A stretch of 64,000 nucleotides of DNA from Alphaproteobacteria bacterium (GCA_963665325.3 OZ224045.1:2080001-2144000), one strand, 5' to 3'. Numbered from the stretch's first letter, positions 29,820 through 39,432 are shown. A program made the numbers and translations. Notes: generated from the sequence alone by a model not told the origin.

Positions 29820-30527
29820 TTACCGGCGGGAGCGGCGCCAGCCGCCGGCTCGGGCCTGGGCCTCGCTGCAGAACCAGCGTTCGCCGCGCGATTCGTCGAT
29901 GCGGGTTCGGTCGTAGTACATGCCTCCGGGCACGTGGTAGATGCGGCCGCTGGCAGAGATGTTTCCCTTGATGAGGCATCCGCCGGCGCTTCGCGACGGC
30001 GCGGTCTGCGGTTGGCGACGATGGCTTGAGGTGCTACGGGTTTTCTGGTGCCGGCGCCACCGCCAGGGCTCGATGAACGAACCGGACCACAAGCCGCGTT
30101 GCGCTTCGCGAGCCTCGTCTTCGGCCGGGACATAGCGTGTCGAGTAGCGACGGTATGCAAGGGCCAGGCCCTGCCGGACAAGCTCGTGCTGCAGGTCCCG
30201 GCCGTTGACGAAACAGGCGCCGATCCCGCGGCCGTATTTGTCGCGACGGTCGATCCTGCAGAGAACCTCGTTGGGACCGATGAGGCGGTGCAAAGCCTGT
30301 GTGGAGGCTTTGCCGCAGGCCCATTGGCGGCCGTCGCGTCCGCAGGTCTGCCTGCTCTCAGGGGCGTCGATGCCGTTGAGCCGGATGCGCTCGCCTGCGA
30401 CGGCCAGGGTGTCGCCGTCAATGATGCGGGCCTGGCCGGAGAGCGTTTCGGCTTGCGCCGGCAGAGCGAAGGCGAGCAATCCGGCGGCAGTGACGATCGA
30501 TGGGAGGAGTCGGAAGAGGGATATCAT
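29820..30527 (-). CDS. Secreted thermonuclease (SNase-like) with C-terminal IKGNI..YH..ERWFC domain
   Basis: Signal peptide, IIDGDT, IRLNGIDAPE, DKYGR, LVRQGLA. Confidence 0.9.
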   Translation of the reverse strand: MISLFRLLPSIVTAAGLLAFALPAQAETLSGQARIIDGDTLAVAGERIRLNGIDAPESRQTCGRDGRQWACGKASTQALHRLIGPNEVLCRIDRRDKYGRGIGACFVNGRDLQHELVRQGLALAYRRYSTRYVPAEDEAREAQRGLWSGSFIEPWRWRRHQKTRSTSSHRRQPQTAPSRSAGGCLIKGNISASGRIYHVPGGMYYDRTRIDESRGERWFCSEAQARAGGWRRSRR

Positions 30528-30687
30528 GGGGTTGTCAACTCCGGGACGGCCCTAGTCGCGCGCCAGGACCTTGCTGTGGAAGCGCTCGTGTGAAGAGCGC
30601 ATATCTCGCTGACCGAAGGACGTGTACGAGATCATGGCTCCAGCTCCCGCAATGGAGCTGGCGAGTTCCGACATGCCGCACTGGACT

Positions 30688-30927
30688 TCAACCATGTGTC
30701 GGCCTGTACAAGACGGACGTGGGCAAGGTGAGAGGCCCTGCTCCGACTCTTCGGATCAGGTAGGGTCCGCGGCCGAATCGCTCGACGGTCGAGCTCGCAG
30801 CGGTCTGAAATTCATCGAAACATCCAGCCAGGGTTTCGCCATGGATGATGACCCACTTCCCAAAGTGCTCTGTCTCCAGCCGGTTACGCATCCGTTCGTA
30901 AGCGGCGATTTCGGCGTTTAGGGTCAC
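30688..30927 (-). CDS. Small protein (DUF5678-like)
   Basis: HFGKWVIIHG..FGRGPYLIRRVG. Confidence 0.6.
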   Translation of the reverse strand: MTLNAEIAAYERMRNRLETEHFGKWVIIHGETLAGCFDEFQTAASSTVERFGRGPYLIRRVGAGPLTLPTSVLYRPTHG

Positions 30928-30957
30928 TGTTTTCTCTCGGATCCGTTGTCCCCAGAT

Positions 30958-31251
30958 TCAACTCTTCCGATCGGCGAGGCGGATTTCGGCTATGGGTGCG
31001 CGCGTCGCGCGCGCCAGGGCCTCGCTGTGGAAGGGTTCGTGCGACGCATGGGCGCTTTGCTGACCCGAGAACGTGGGAGAGATACGCGGATCCCCGCCAT
31101 GTTCCCGGCAAGGTTCGGATACGGCGCCGTCGGCGACCAGGCCGGGCTCGCAGGTCGGGCAGCACCGGATTGTCCAGATTGCTGCGAGGCCGCCGGTGTG
31201 CGGGTCGATGGCGTTGAGAGACGGATGGGGCGTGGTGGAGGGGCCGGTCAT
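30958..31251 (-). CDS. Hypothetical protein
   Basis: Overlaps the upstream ORF stop; Cys/His cluster. Confidence 0.35.
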   Translation of the reverse strand: MTGPSTTPHPSLNAIDPHTGGLAAIWTIRCCPTCEPGLVADGAVSEPCREHGGDPRISPTFSGQQSAHASHEPFHSEALARATRAPIAEIRLADRKS

Positions 31252-31691
31252 TGCAATCTCTGTCTGTTGGAGGGTGAAGCGTCCGACGCCCAGCCCTTGC
31301 CGAAACGCGCGTCCATTTCGGCCACCAGCTCGTGGCCGGCGTCAGTGCCTCGGAAGGAGCAGTGTTCGTCCTGTTGGCCGGTACGGGCGGCCAGGCCGGA
31401 TTGCTCGAAACGGCCGAGGACGGCGCCCGGAGCGTCGAGGAGTGTCCCCGACCGGTCGGAGCGCCAACCTTTGGTCGGCCAGACGACGCCGTGCTCCAGT
31501 GCATGGAGCAGCGCCAATTCGTGCACGGAAGGGGCGAAGCCCGTGCGCGAGGCGAAGAGGCCGGCAGGCGTTGGTTGAGCATGTGCCAGACCGGCCTGGA
31601 TGACGGATGCGAGGCCGACTGGAGACGCGGCGGGCTTACCCTCCCGGATTTCAGCAAGACGCGAGAGCGAAGCGTTCGGCAGTTTTCTCAT
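31248..31691 (-). CDS. Hypothetical protein
   Basis: RBS and ATG right after nrdJ, same strand. Confidence 0.45.
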   Translation of the reverse strand: MRKLPNASLSRLAEIREGKPAASPVGLASVIQAGLAHAQPTPAGLFASRTGFAPSVHELALLHALEHGVVWPTKGWRSDRSGTLLDAPGAVLGRFEQSGLAARTGQQDEHCSFRGTDAGHELVAEMDARFGKGWASDASPSNRQRLQ

Positions 31692-31739
31692 TTCCGGCGC
31701 TCCTCCTTGTCGATGAGGAAAGTCCCGGGGCTGATGCGG

Positions 31740-33986
31740 TCAGCCGCACCTGGAATGGCCGCAGGACGGGCAGACATCGCAACCTTCCTGGTGGATCATC
31801 CCGGGCTGGTTGCACTTCGGGCAGACCGGTCCGGCAGGTCGCCCGGCCCCGGGCGCCGGGCCGACCTTGATCGGCGGGAGGGGTTCGTCGGGGTCGATAT
31901 GGCCGAGCTCGACCATCCAGTCCCGGATCTCCATGCCGATGAGGGCGATGAGGGACGCCACCCAGCCGCGGCCCTTGACCCACTGGCCGTCGTTCGGGTC
32001 GGCGATCGCCATCAGCTCCTCGGCGACGAACCCGACATCGCCCTGGCGGCGCCAGACTGCGGAGATCATTCGGGTGACGGCCGTAACCCAGGCGTGGTGC
32101 CGGGCGTCCTTCGTGGCGATGAAGATCTCGAAGGGACGGTTGTTGCCGTCCCGGTCAATGGTGTGGTTCAGCGTCAGGTAGAAGGCGTGCTCGCTGCCGG
32201 GCCAGGGGACCTTGCGGGTCTGGCCGTGGAGGACGGAAGGCCGGTCCATGACGGTAGGGGCCGGCTCTCCGGGGCTGTCGCCGTCCGCGACCAGGATCGC
32301 GCCGGTGATGTCGTTCGGCCGGTAGGTGGTGCAGCCCTTGCAGCCGGACTCCCAGGCGAGGAGGTAGATGTCCCTGAAGGCCTCGAAGGATATGTCCCTC
32401 GGGACGTTCACGGTCTTGGAAACAGCGCTGTCGATATGCGCCTGGGCGGCGGCCTGCATCCGGACATGGTCCTCGGGAGATATGGTGCCGGCGTCGACGA
32501 AATAGTCCGGAGGCAGCTCGTCGCCGCGCAGTCGGCGCCAGAGCGCCATCGAAGCGGATTCGACCCGCTCTTCGGTATGGGTGTTGTCCGGCTGCAGGAC
32601 CCGGCGCGTGTAGCTGTGCGCGAAGACGGGTTCGATGCCGCCCGAGACGTTGCCGGCAACCAGGGAGATCGTGCCGGTCGGCGCGATCGAGGTGAGGTGG
32701 GAGTTCCGGAGTCCGTTGTTGACGATGAAATCCAGCGTTTGCGGGTCGAGCTGCCTGGTGGTCTTGGTTTCGAGGAAGTGCTCGGCGTCCCAGAGCGGAT
32801 AGGGCTCGGTCTCTGCGGCGAGGACCGCGCTTGCGCGGTAGGCGGCCGTCTGCACCATGGAGACGAGGTCGCGGGTGCGCTCGGCGGCGAGCTCGGAGCC
32901 GTAGCGGATTCCCAGATACGCGAGCGCGTCGGCCAGGCCCGTGATGCCGAGGCCGAGGCGCCGCTTCGAGAGCGCCTCCTCGCGCTGTTGCTCCAGCGGA
33001 TAGAAGGAGGCGTCAACGACGCGGTCCAGCATCCGCACGGCCGTGCCGACCGTCCAGGCAAGGTGATCCTCGTTGATGTGCGCATCGTCCTCAAAGGGCG
33101 ACCGCACGAAGGCGGCAAGGTTGATGGAGCCCAGCAGGCAGGAGCCCCAGGGCGGGAGGGGCTGCTCGCCGCAGGGGTTGGTTGCGTAAATGGTCTCGCA
33201 GTGCCGGAGATTGTTCGCGGCGTTGATCCTGTCGATGAAGATCACGCCCGGTTCCGCGCAGTCGTAGGTCGAGCGCATGATCCGGTCCCAGAGTTCGCGG
33301 GCCGAGACCGTGCGATGGACTTCGCCGTTGAACACGAGGTCGTGGCCACCGTCCCGCTTGACCGCGTCCATGAAGTCGTCGGTGACCAGAACCGAGAGGT
33401 TGAACATGCGCAGGCGCTTGGCGTCGCGCTTGGCTTCGATGAACTCCCCGATGTCGGGATGGTCGATGCGCATCGTGCCCATCATGGCGCCGCGGCGGCT
33501 GCCGGCGCTCATGATCGTCTTGCACATGCTGTCCCACATGTTCATGAACGAGAGCGGCCCGGATGCGTCGGCGCCGACGCGGTGGACCGGGGCGCCCTTC
33601 GGACGGAGCGTCGAGAAGTCATGGCCGATGCCGCCTCCGGCCTGCATGGTCGTGGCGGCGTCCTTCAGCGCGTCCATGATGCCGTCGAGGCTGTCGTCGA
33701 TCCGGCCGAGCACGAAGCAGTTGATGTTGGTGACGCGCCGGTCCGTCCCGGCGCCGGCGAGGATCCGGCCGGCCGGCAGGAACTTCCAGCCGGACATGGC
33801 GTCCATGAACATCTGCTTTTCGGTGTCGTTCCCGGCCAGGAAGCCGGCAACGCGCCGGCGGGTGTCGTCCATCGTCGCGTCGACCGGCGTACTGTCCCGC
33901 TCCTTGAAGCGGTATTTCATGTCCCAGATGGTGTGAGCGACGGGCGGGAGCAGCTCGTCGCTGTCGGGCAGTGTCGCGGCGTCCAT
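31740..33986 (-). CDS. nrdJ: Class II (adenosylcobalamin-dependent) ribonucleotide reductase
   Basis: PAGRIL, NCFV, TNPCGEQPL, SCLLGSINL, SIAPTGTIS, C-terminal Cys pairs. Confidence 0.95.
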   Translation of the reverse strand: MDAATLPDSDELLPPVAHTIWDMKYRFKERDSTPVDATMDDTRRRVAGFLAGNDTEKQMFMDAMSGWKFLPAGRILAGAGTDRRVTNINCFVLGRIDDSLDGIMDALKDAATTMQAGGGIGHDFSTLRPKGAPVHRVGADASGPLSFMNMWDSMCKTIMSAGSRRGAMMGTMRIDHPDIGEFIEAKRDAKRLRMFNLSVLVTDDFMDAVKRDGGHDLVFNGEVHRTVSARELWDRIMRSTYDCAEPGVIFIDRINAANNLRHCETIYATNPCGEQPLPPWGSCLLGSINLAAFVRSPFEDDAHINEDHLAWTVGTAVRMLDRVVDASFYPLEQQREEALSKRRLGLGITGLADALAYLGIRYGSELAAERTRDLVSMVQTAAYRASAVLAAETEPYPLWDAEHFLETKTTRQLDPQTLDFIVNNGLRNSHLTSIAPTGTISLVAGNVSGGIEPVFAHSYTRRVLQPDNTHTEERVESASMALWRRLRGDELPPDYFVDAGTISPEDHVRMQAAAQAHIDSAVSKTVNVPRDISFEAFRDIYLLAWESGCKGCTTYRPNDITGAILVADGDSPGEPAPTVMDRPSVLHGQTRKVPWPGSEHAFYLTLNHTIDRDGNNRPFEIFIATKDARHHAWVTAVTRMISAVWRRQGDVGFVAEELMAIADPNDGQWVKGRGWVASLIALIGMEIRDWMVELGHIDPDEPLPPIKVGPAPGAGRPAGPVCPKCNQPGMIHQEGCDVCPSCGHSRCG

Positions 33987-34057
33987 GATAGGCCTCCGTC
34001 TGTTCGGTCCGCCTCGAAGAGGCTTCCCTCAAACTCCTGGGTTCGACCGGTTTCCGG

Positions 34058-34294
34058 TCATGGAAGATCCGGGGGGGCGTCGTCCGCATAGAGACCCGCA
34101 CAGGCGGGGTTCGCTGCGGCCTGTATCTGCGCGGCGCAGCCGGAACAGAGATCCGCTTCGATCCACCGGCACGGCCCGTCGAGTGCGTCCGCGCAGGCGT
34201 TCCTGTCCGAGTGGCGGCACTCGCGGTAGACTTGGTCTTGCGGTTCCGGCGGCGGGAGTTCCCGGCAAAGCCTCTCGGACGGGGCGTCAGCCAT
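34058..34294 (-). CDS. Small Cys-rich protein
   Basis: ECRHSDRNAC..CRWIEADLCSGC; overlaps the upstream gene. Confidence 0.6.
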   Translation of the reverse strand: MADAPSERLCRELPPPEPQDQVYRECRHSDRNACADALDGPCRWIEADLCSGCAAQIQAAANPACAGLYADDAPPDLP

Positions 34295-34628
34295 GGTCCA
34301 GAAGTCTCCTGACTTGCGATTTGGCGCGGCGCAGGTCTGCGCTGAAATATTTCGGTGCCTGCCGCGGGAGGTGCGTCCGCAACGGCGTGGTCGCCTGCCA
34401 TTCAGTTCTGCCCCGGCCCAGCTTGACGAGCTCGCCCAGGAGATTGCGGACGTGTCCTCCCCTTCCGGTCCGCTGGACCCAGAAGACGGGCACGCTGCGA
34501 CGATCCCATGTCGGAAGGAAACCGTCCGGCTCCGTGTGGAGCTTTCCGAAACGCACGGTCACAGCGAGAGTCCTCCCGGGCGTGTAGGGGGTTGCGTCCG
34601 TCGACTCGATTTCGGCCGTGTCAGCCAT
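34287..34628 (-). CDS. Hypothetical protein
   Basis: Overlaps neighbouring ORFs on both sides. Confidence 0.55.
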   Translation of the reverse strand: MADTAEIESTDATPYTPGRTLAVTVRFGKLHTEPDGFLPTWDRRSVPVFWVQRTGRGGHVRNLLGELVKLGRGRTEWQATTPLRTHLPRQAPKYFSADLRRAKSQVRRLLDHG

Positions 34629-35094
34629 GGCGTGCCCGGTCGAGAAGACCGTCCAGGGTCGCGGGCCGAGCGCCGGCCTGCAGGCATTTCAGCAGTTGCT
34701 GGTGATGCTCCTGGGACATGCCAGCGATCCGGACGAGGTCCCTCTTGCGCTCTGCGATGCGTGTGTCGGCCAGCTCGGCCTGAAGGGCCGGGGGGATGCG
34801 TTCGGCGATACGCACGGTCACCTGGATGGATCGGGTCGTGCAGCCGAGAACGCGCGCAGCGAAATCGGTGAAGCCGTATCGCTCTGGGTCGGGAACGTCG
34901 GATTGACGGTCCTCGCGGTTGCTGCCGGCGCGGAAGGCGGCGGACTGGCGATCTCCACCATGAGCGGTCGCCGGGTAATGCCGTTCGTGACGGCGCTTCC
35001 CGCGGGCAAGCGCTTGCGCCTGTTCCAGGGCGGTGAGCCGGCCGAAACGTTCGGGAAAGTCCGGAGCGGTGAGGAGGGGGACTGCTTTGGCCAT
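34621..35094 (-). CDS. ParB-like paralogue lacking the N-terminal ParB/Srx domain
   Basis: LTALEQAQALARGKRRHERHYPATAHGGDRQS..RIAERI..DLVRIAGM aligns with the C-terminal part of the neighbouring ParB-like proteins. Confidence 0.7.
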   Translation of the reverse strand: MAKAVPLLTAPDFPERFGRLTALEQAQALARGKRRHERHYPATAHGGDRQSAAFRAGSNREDRQSDVPDPERYGFTDFAARVLGCTTRSIQVTVRIAERIPPALQAELADTRIAERKRDLVRIAGMSQEHHQQLLKCLQAGARPATLDGLLDRARHG

Positions 35095-35258
35095 ATGCCT
35101 GTCCTTCAGGCCGTCTTGCCTGGCAGCGAACCGCGAGGCGCCGGTTGTGTGCAGGGAGGGCAAGGTGGATTGCCGCGGCATCGCCGGTGGGCGGCGACCG
35201 TGACACGGGAGCCGCGCGCGTTTAGCATCGGGCAGCGTCGACGACCGGAGTGAACGGT

Positions 35259-35837
35259 ATGAGTGCGCAGGGAGCGTTGCGGCGGTCCAGGTCGGCCCGC
35301 AGGGCCAGCTACCGGGACGTGCTCGACGCGCCGGCGCACATGGTCGCGGAGATCGTCGAGGGCGCGCTGCACATGCAGCCGAGACCGGCCAGTCGGCACG
35401 CACTGGCGGGATCGTCGCTCGGAATCGAGATCGGAGGCCCGTTCCAGAAGGGCCGGGGCGGACCCGGCGGCTGGTGGATCGTCGACGAGCCCGAGCTCCA
35501 TTTCGGGGAGGACGTCGTTGTGCCGGACCTCGCCGGCTGGCGCCGGGAGCTGATGCCCGACTATCCGGACGTGCCTTATTTCACGCTGGCGCCGGACTGG
35601 GTGTGCGAGGTTCTTTCGCCTTCGACGCGGAAGTTCGACCTCGAGAAGAAGCGCCCGGTCTATGCGCGGGAGGGCGTCGGTCACCTCTGGTTCGTCGATC
35701 CCGGTGCGAGAACGCTGGAGGCGTTCGCCCTGGAGGATGGCTCCTGGAAGCCCGCCGGCGCGGCGCGGGACGATGACCCGGTGTCCTTTCCGCCCTTCAA
35801 GGCGGTGACCTTCCCGTTGGACGCTCTCTGGCCCTGA
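35259..35837 (+). CDS. Uma2-family (PD-D/ExK) endonuclease
   Basis: EIVEG, VVPDLAGWR, APDWVCEVLSPST, GVGHLWFVDP. Confidence 0.92.
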   Translation: MSAQGALRRSRSARRASYRDVLDAPAHMVAEIVEGALHMQPRPASRHALAGSSLGIEIGGPFQKGRGGPGGWWIVDEPELHFGEDVVVPDLAGWRRELMPDYPDVPYFTLAPDWVCEVLSPSTRKFDLEKKRPVYAREGVGHLWFVDPGARTLEAFALEDGSWKPAGAARDDDPVSFPPFKAVTFPLDALWP

Positions 35838-35961
35838 CACTGTGTGAACCGGCCCGGGTCGCGTTCGGCCCGGTTCGGTCATGGCCATGCAGCCGCAACG
35901 CCAGGCTACAGCGGTGCCGTATCTCCGTTTGGAATCCATGACAGGATTGAAAGCGGGAAAA

Positions 35962-36080
35962 TCAAAGTGGGGATAATTCACATTTGATCGGCCGTGAGGC
36001 CGATTTTCAAAGTGGGTATTGTACCAACTTTGATCGGTGCGGGGCCGGAAGACCAAAGTGGGTATTATACCAATTTTGAT
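35962..36080. repeat. Three ~27-bp imperfect palindromes, 45-46 bp apart (candidate parS/operator array)
   Basis: CAAAGTGGGGATAATTCACATTTGAT / CAAAGTGGGTATTGTACCAACTTTGAT / CAAAGTGGGTATTATACCAATTTTGAT. Confidence 0.75.
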
Positions 36081-36196
36081 TTTTTCGGCGCCCGGCGCAG
36101 GCCTGAAGGCCGCCTCGATCAAGGAGAGACAATAGCGCGACGCGGCGGTTGTTGCAAGGGGTGCATTCATCTGTTTGTCGGGCCTCGATAGGCTTG

Positions 36197-37102
36197 TCAG
36201 GAACTCGTGGGTTGTCCGGCGCCGCCCTGTCCGTTCATGAGCTCGAGCCAGGCGATGAACTCTTCTTGCTCTTCGGCGCTGGCGGCGATCCACAATTTCT
36301 GGAGGCGCTCCAGGGTGGTCTTTTCCGGGGAAGGTTCGGCACCGGCGGGTGGCTCCGGAGCTTCGTCCGGTGGCTGTTCCTGTTCTCGGCGGGGATAGAC
36401 GTCGGACAGGGCCTCGACTTCGTAGTTGGCGCTCTGGAGGTCCTGTAGAAGGGCGTCCTGTTCGTCTGAGTCCATGCCGGAAATGGTGAAGAGGTCGCCT
36501 TCGCGGTGCGCGATGGGTGTCATGGCGAGCTCCTCGCGCAGCTCGTCGGTGATCTTGTCTCCAATACGGAGCGCCCGGCGGATCGTGTAGGAGCTGAAGG
36601 GAGTGAACGATGCGGTTGCGGCGACGAAACCCTGCTGCGAGCCATCGGCGTTCTGGTCCTGGAAGTCGCTGCTTCTTCGGTCGCCTCCGCGCCGGGTCTC
36701 CGGATAGAGGCGCTCGTAGATCTGCTTGCGCCGAGAGAGGAACAGGCCGCGGTCGAGCGGGTTGAGCTCGGCGCGCATCAGGTTCTCGTCGATCTCGAGC
36801 AGGGCCAGCGTGTCCTCGTCGAGCAGGTCGAGAACGAAGGCCTCGATATGCGGCCAGGCCAGGAAGCGTGCGGCCTGGACGCGATGGGCGCCGGAGACGA
36901 GCGCGTAACGGTCGCCGTCCATGCGCACCTGGATCGGATACTGAAGCCCGTGCAGCTTCATGCTCTCGGCAAGGTATTGGACGGTTCCGCCGTTGACGGT
37001 CCGGAGGCGCTTGCCGAGATCGATCAGGTCCAGCTCCAGAAGGACCGTCTGGCGGGGTTGTTCCCGCACGATGACGGGGGCGGCGGCCGGAGCGTCCATC
37101 AT
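36197..37102 (-). CDS. ParB N-terminal-domain protein
   Basis: GLQYPIQV, LVSGAHRVQAA, EIDENLMRAEL, GGDRRS. Confidence 0.9.
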   Translation of the reverse strand: MMDAPAAAPVIVREQPRQTVLLELDLIDLGKRLRTVNGGTVQYLAESMKLHGLQYPIQVRMDGDRYALVSGAHRVQAARFLAWPHIEAFVLDLLDEDTLALLEIDENLMRAELNPLDRGLFLSRRKQIYERLYPETRRGGDRRSSDFQDQNADGSQQGFVAATASFTPFSSYTIRRALRIGDKITDELREELAMTPIAHREGDLFTISGMDSDEQDALLQDLQSANYEVEALSDVYPRREQEQPPDEAPEPPAGAEPSPEKTTLERLQKLWIAASAEEQEEFIAWLELMNGQGGAGQPTSS

Positions 37103-37281
37103 TCTTCTCCTTCAGGCCCGTCGGGTAGTGAGGGGATCGTTGGATGTGCGCTGTCCGGTTCGGGCCAGGCGTCCTGGAGGGGGTCGAAGATCTGCTTTCG
37201 TGCCGCGAGCAGGCGGGCGCGGTCGAGCGGAGCAAGTCCCGGTCGGCGCGGCGCACCATCCATGTCGGCCAGGGCGGTCAT
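37099..37281 (-). CDS. 60-aa ParB-like mini-paralogue
   Basis: LAPLDRARLLAARKQIF matches LNPLDRGLFLSRRKQIY; overlapping start/stop on both sides. Confidence 0.55.
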   Translation of the reverse strand: MTALADMDGAPRRPGLAPLDRARLLAARKQIFDPLQDAWPEPDSAHPTIPSLPDGPEGEE

Positions 37282-37820
37282 GACCCTGCATCCGGGTCGG
37301 CAAGCCACTCGCGGAATTCGTCGCGCTCGGCCCGGGAGGAGTTGCGCCAAATGCGCTTGAAGCGGTCGAGATTGCTTGGGGTTGGCGCCGGCGCGTCCGG
37401 GTTCGCCATGAGAGCGGACAGGGTGGCAGGCGGCTGTGCCGCTTCTTGCAGGCATCGCAGTAGCTGCTGCTGGTCGTCAGCGTCCATGTCGGCGATTTGC
37501 TCCAGGTCTCGAGTTCGCCTGGCAATCGGTGTGTTTGCGAGAGCGTCCAGGAGCGAGATTTCGATCCGCGCTCCGATCCTGGCGGCACGCTGGATGGTGC
37601 GCATGGACCACGGTGTCGACGCGGCGGCAACTGCCGCGAATGAGGGTGGGCGTTCCGTGGCTGTGATTTCGCGTAGAAACTGAGGGATGCTGAGGTGGGC
37701 GCCTCGTTTGGTTTCGGGATAGCAGTGCTCGTAGACCTGTTTCTCCTTCGCCAGATAGCGTGCGCGGCCCAATGGAGTTAGCGAGGTGAAAACATCGTCG
37801 TTTTCGGGCGAAGTGCTCAT
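37278..37820 (-). CDS. ParB-like paralogue lacking the N-terminal domain
   Basis: LTPLGRARYLAKEKQVYEHCYPET..RIGARI..DLEQIADMDAD. Confidence 0.75.
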   Translation of the reverse strand: MSTSPENDDVFTSLTPLGRARYLAKEKQVYEHCYPETKRGAHLSIPQFLREITATERPPSFAAVAAASTPWSMRTIQRAARIGARIEISLLDALANTPIARRTRDLEQIADMDADDQQQLLRCLQEAAQPPATLSALMANPDAPAPTPSNLDRFKRIWRNSSRAERDEFREWLADPDAGS

Positions 37821-38755
37821 TTCTGTTCATCCGCGTGCTGCTGCTGGAGCCAGGTGTAAAACCGCCGCTGATGGGATTGAGGCGTCTTGTCCCAGAGTTT
37901 CTGCAGACGCTCGAAGGGGTCGGGTCTGGATGAGGGCCTGTAAGGGTTCGTCGTAAGAGCGGAGAGAGAGAGCGGCTGTCGTTCCGCGTTCTGGATGCGT
38001 TGCAGCAGGTCCTGCTGCTTGTCGGCGTCCATGTCGGCGATGCGCTCCAGGTCTTTCCGCCGACGGCCAATTGGCGTGCCGGAAAGAGCCTTGCGAAGGT
38101 CGGGATCGAGCCGCTCCCCGATGCGGGTGTAGACGTGAATCGTGTGGGGGGACCACCGGGTTGAAGCCGCGGTATCTTCGACGAATGAAAGCGGACGGGC
38201 TTGGGGGGTGTCATGGCCCTCTTGATCAAGTTGTCGTTTCGACAGGTTGATATTATTTCGGTATTGCAAGCTCTTACGATCTCCCCCGTGCCTGGTTTCC
38301 GGATACAGGCGCTGGTAGATCTCCTTGCGCGTGGCGAAGAAATGGGCCCTGTCGACCGGATCGAGCTCGGCGCGGCAAAGGTTCTCGTCGACTTCGAGAA
38401 GTCTCGCCTCTTCCTCCTCCAGGTCATCGACCAGGAATGCCTCGATGTGCGTCCATCCGAGCTTGCTGGCTGCGGCGATGCGGTGGGCACCCGCGATCAG
38501 ACGGAACCGGCCGGGCTCGATGGTCCTGATCTGTATGGGGTAGATCTGCCCGCGGGCCTCCATGGATTCCGCGATGTGGTCGACGGCTGCCTCGTCAACC
38601 GACCGAAGCCGGTCCTCGACTTCGATCATGTCGATCGGGGTTGGCAGCGAACGGCGGTGGGGAACCGCATTCGGTAGGTTGGCTGCTTCCGGAGCTCTGG
38701 GTGCGTTGGATTTTCCCTGGGCCATCTTGGTTTTGAGCTTGGCAAGGCCGGTCAT
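37817..38755 (-). CDS. ParB N-terminal-domain protein
   Basis: GQIYPIQI, LIAGAHRIAAA, EVDENLCRAEL, GGDRKS; coupled to parA. Confidence 0.9.
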   Translation of the reverse strand: MTGLAKLKTKMAQGKSNAPRAPEAANLPNAVPHRRSLPTPIDMIEVEDRLRSVDEAAVDHIAESMEARGQIYPIQIRTIEPGRFRLIAGAHRIAAASKLGWTHIEAFLVDDLEEEEARLLEVDENLCRAELDPVDRAHFFATRKEIYQRLYPETRHGGDRKSLQYRNNINLSKRQLDQEGHDTPQARPLSFVEDTAASTRWSPHTIHVYTRIGERLDPDLRKALSGTPIGRRRKDLERIADMDADKQQDLLQRIQNAERQPLSLSALTTNPYRPSSRPDPFERLQKLWDKTPQSHQRRFYTWLQQQHADEQK

Positions 38756-39432
38756 CGGGAATCTCCGTTGGGTCGGGAAGCGTCCGAAACGACGGTGAGT
38801 GAGGGTTCCGGCCAGGCGAAGACGGCTGCAGCGAAGGCGCGCGCCTCGGCTGCGGCAGGGGATCCGGGCGTGAATTCGCTCACGCCAAGGCCGTAGGTGC
38901 AGGCGTGGGCGAAGGCGGACCGTTGACGAAGCATGGTCGGGAGGATCGGAATCTTCTCGTCCAACAGGAGTTGCCGGGCTATGCCGACCAGACGGTGACC
39001 GCGCGTCGGTGCTGCCGAGAAGACGATGACCGCTGACGTCTGCGCCATTCGGCAGACGTCGAGGGTCATCCGGATCGAGGCGAGGTCGAAAACCTGGGGC
39101 CGGCAGGGAATGACGACGAGGGTGGCGAGTTGGGCCGCGGCCAGCATTGACATGTCCGTGTGTCCGGGTGTGTCGAGGACGATGACCTCGTAGCCCCGCT
39201 GGGCCGCCCCGCCGATCTCACGGGGGAGCCGGCTCGGCTGGGTCGTGATGACGTCTGGGAAGGGCTTCTCGCGGAGATCGCTCCAGGTGCCGGAGGAGCC
39301 CTGCGGGTCGGTATCCACGATCATCGCCCTCTTTCCGGCCAGGCAGGCCTCGACCGCGAGGTTCGTGGAGATCGTCGTCTTGCCGGATCCGCCCTTCTGG
39401 GAGATGACGGCGTAGATGTCGGGTTCGGTCAT
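38752..39432 (-). CDS. parA: ParA-family ATPase (short form)
   Basis: SQKGGSGKTT, VDTDPQGS, VLDTPG. Confidence 0.93.
   Translation of the reverse strand: MTEPDIYAVISQKGGSGKTTISTNLAVEACLAGKRAMIVDTDPQGSSGTWSDLREKPFPDVITTQPSRLPREIGGAAQRGYEVIVLDTPGHTDMSMLAAAQLATLVVIPCRPQVFDLASIRMTLDVCRMAQTSAVIVFSAAPTRGHRLVGIARQLLLDEKIPILPTMLRQRSAFAHACTYGLGVSEFTPGSPAAAEARAFAAAVFAWPEPSLTVVSDASRPNGDSR

Noticed and set aside
31332-34091. 919-aa plus-strand ORF and similar long ORFs (682-2103, 2698-4761, 22583-24637, 42132-44030, 27272-29119)
   Set aside because: Antisense shadows of real genes in high-GC DNA; no recognisable motifs
35962-36080. Mini-CRISPR array
   Set aside because: Only three degenerate repeats with spacers of about 18 bp and no cas genes in the window; a protein-binding array fits better
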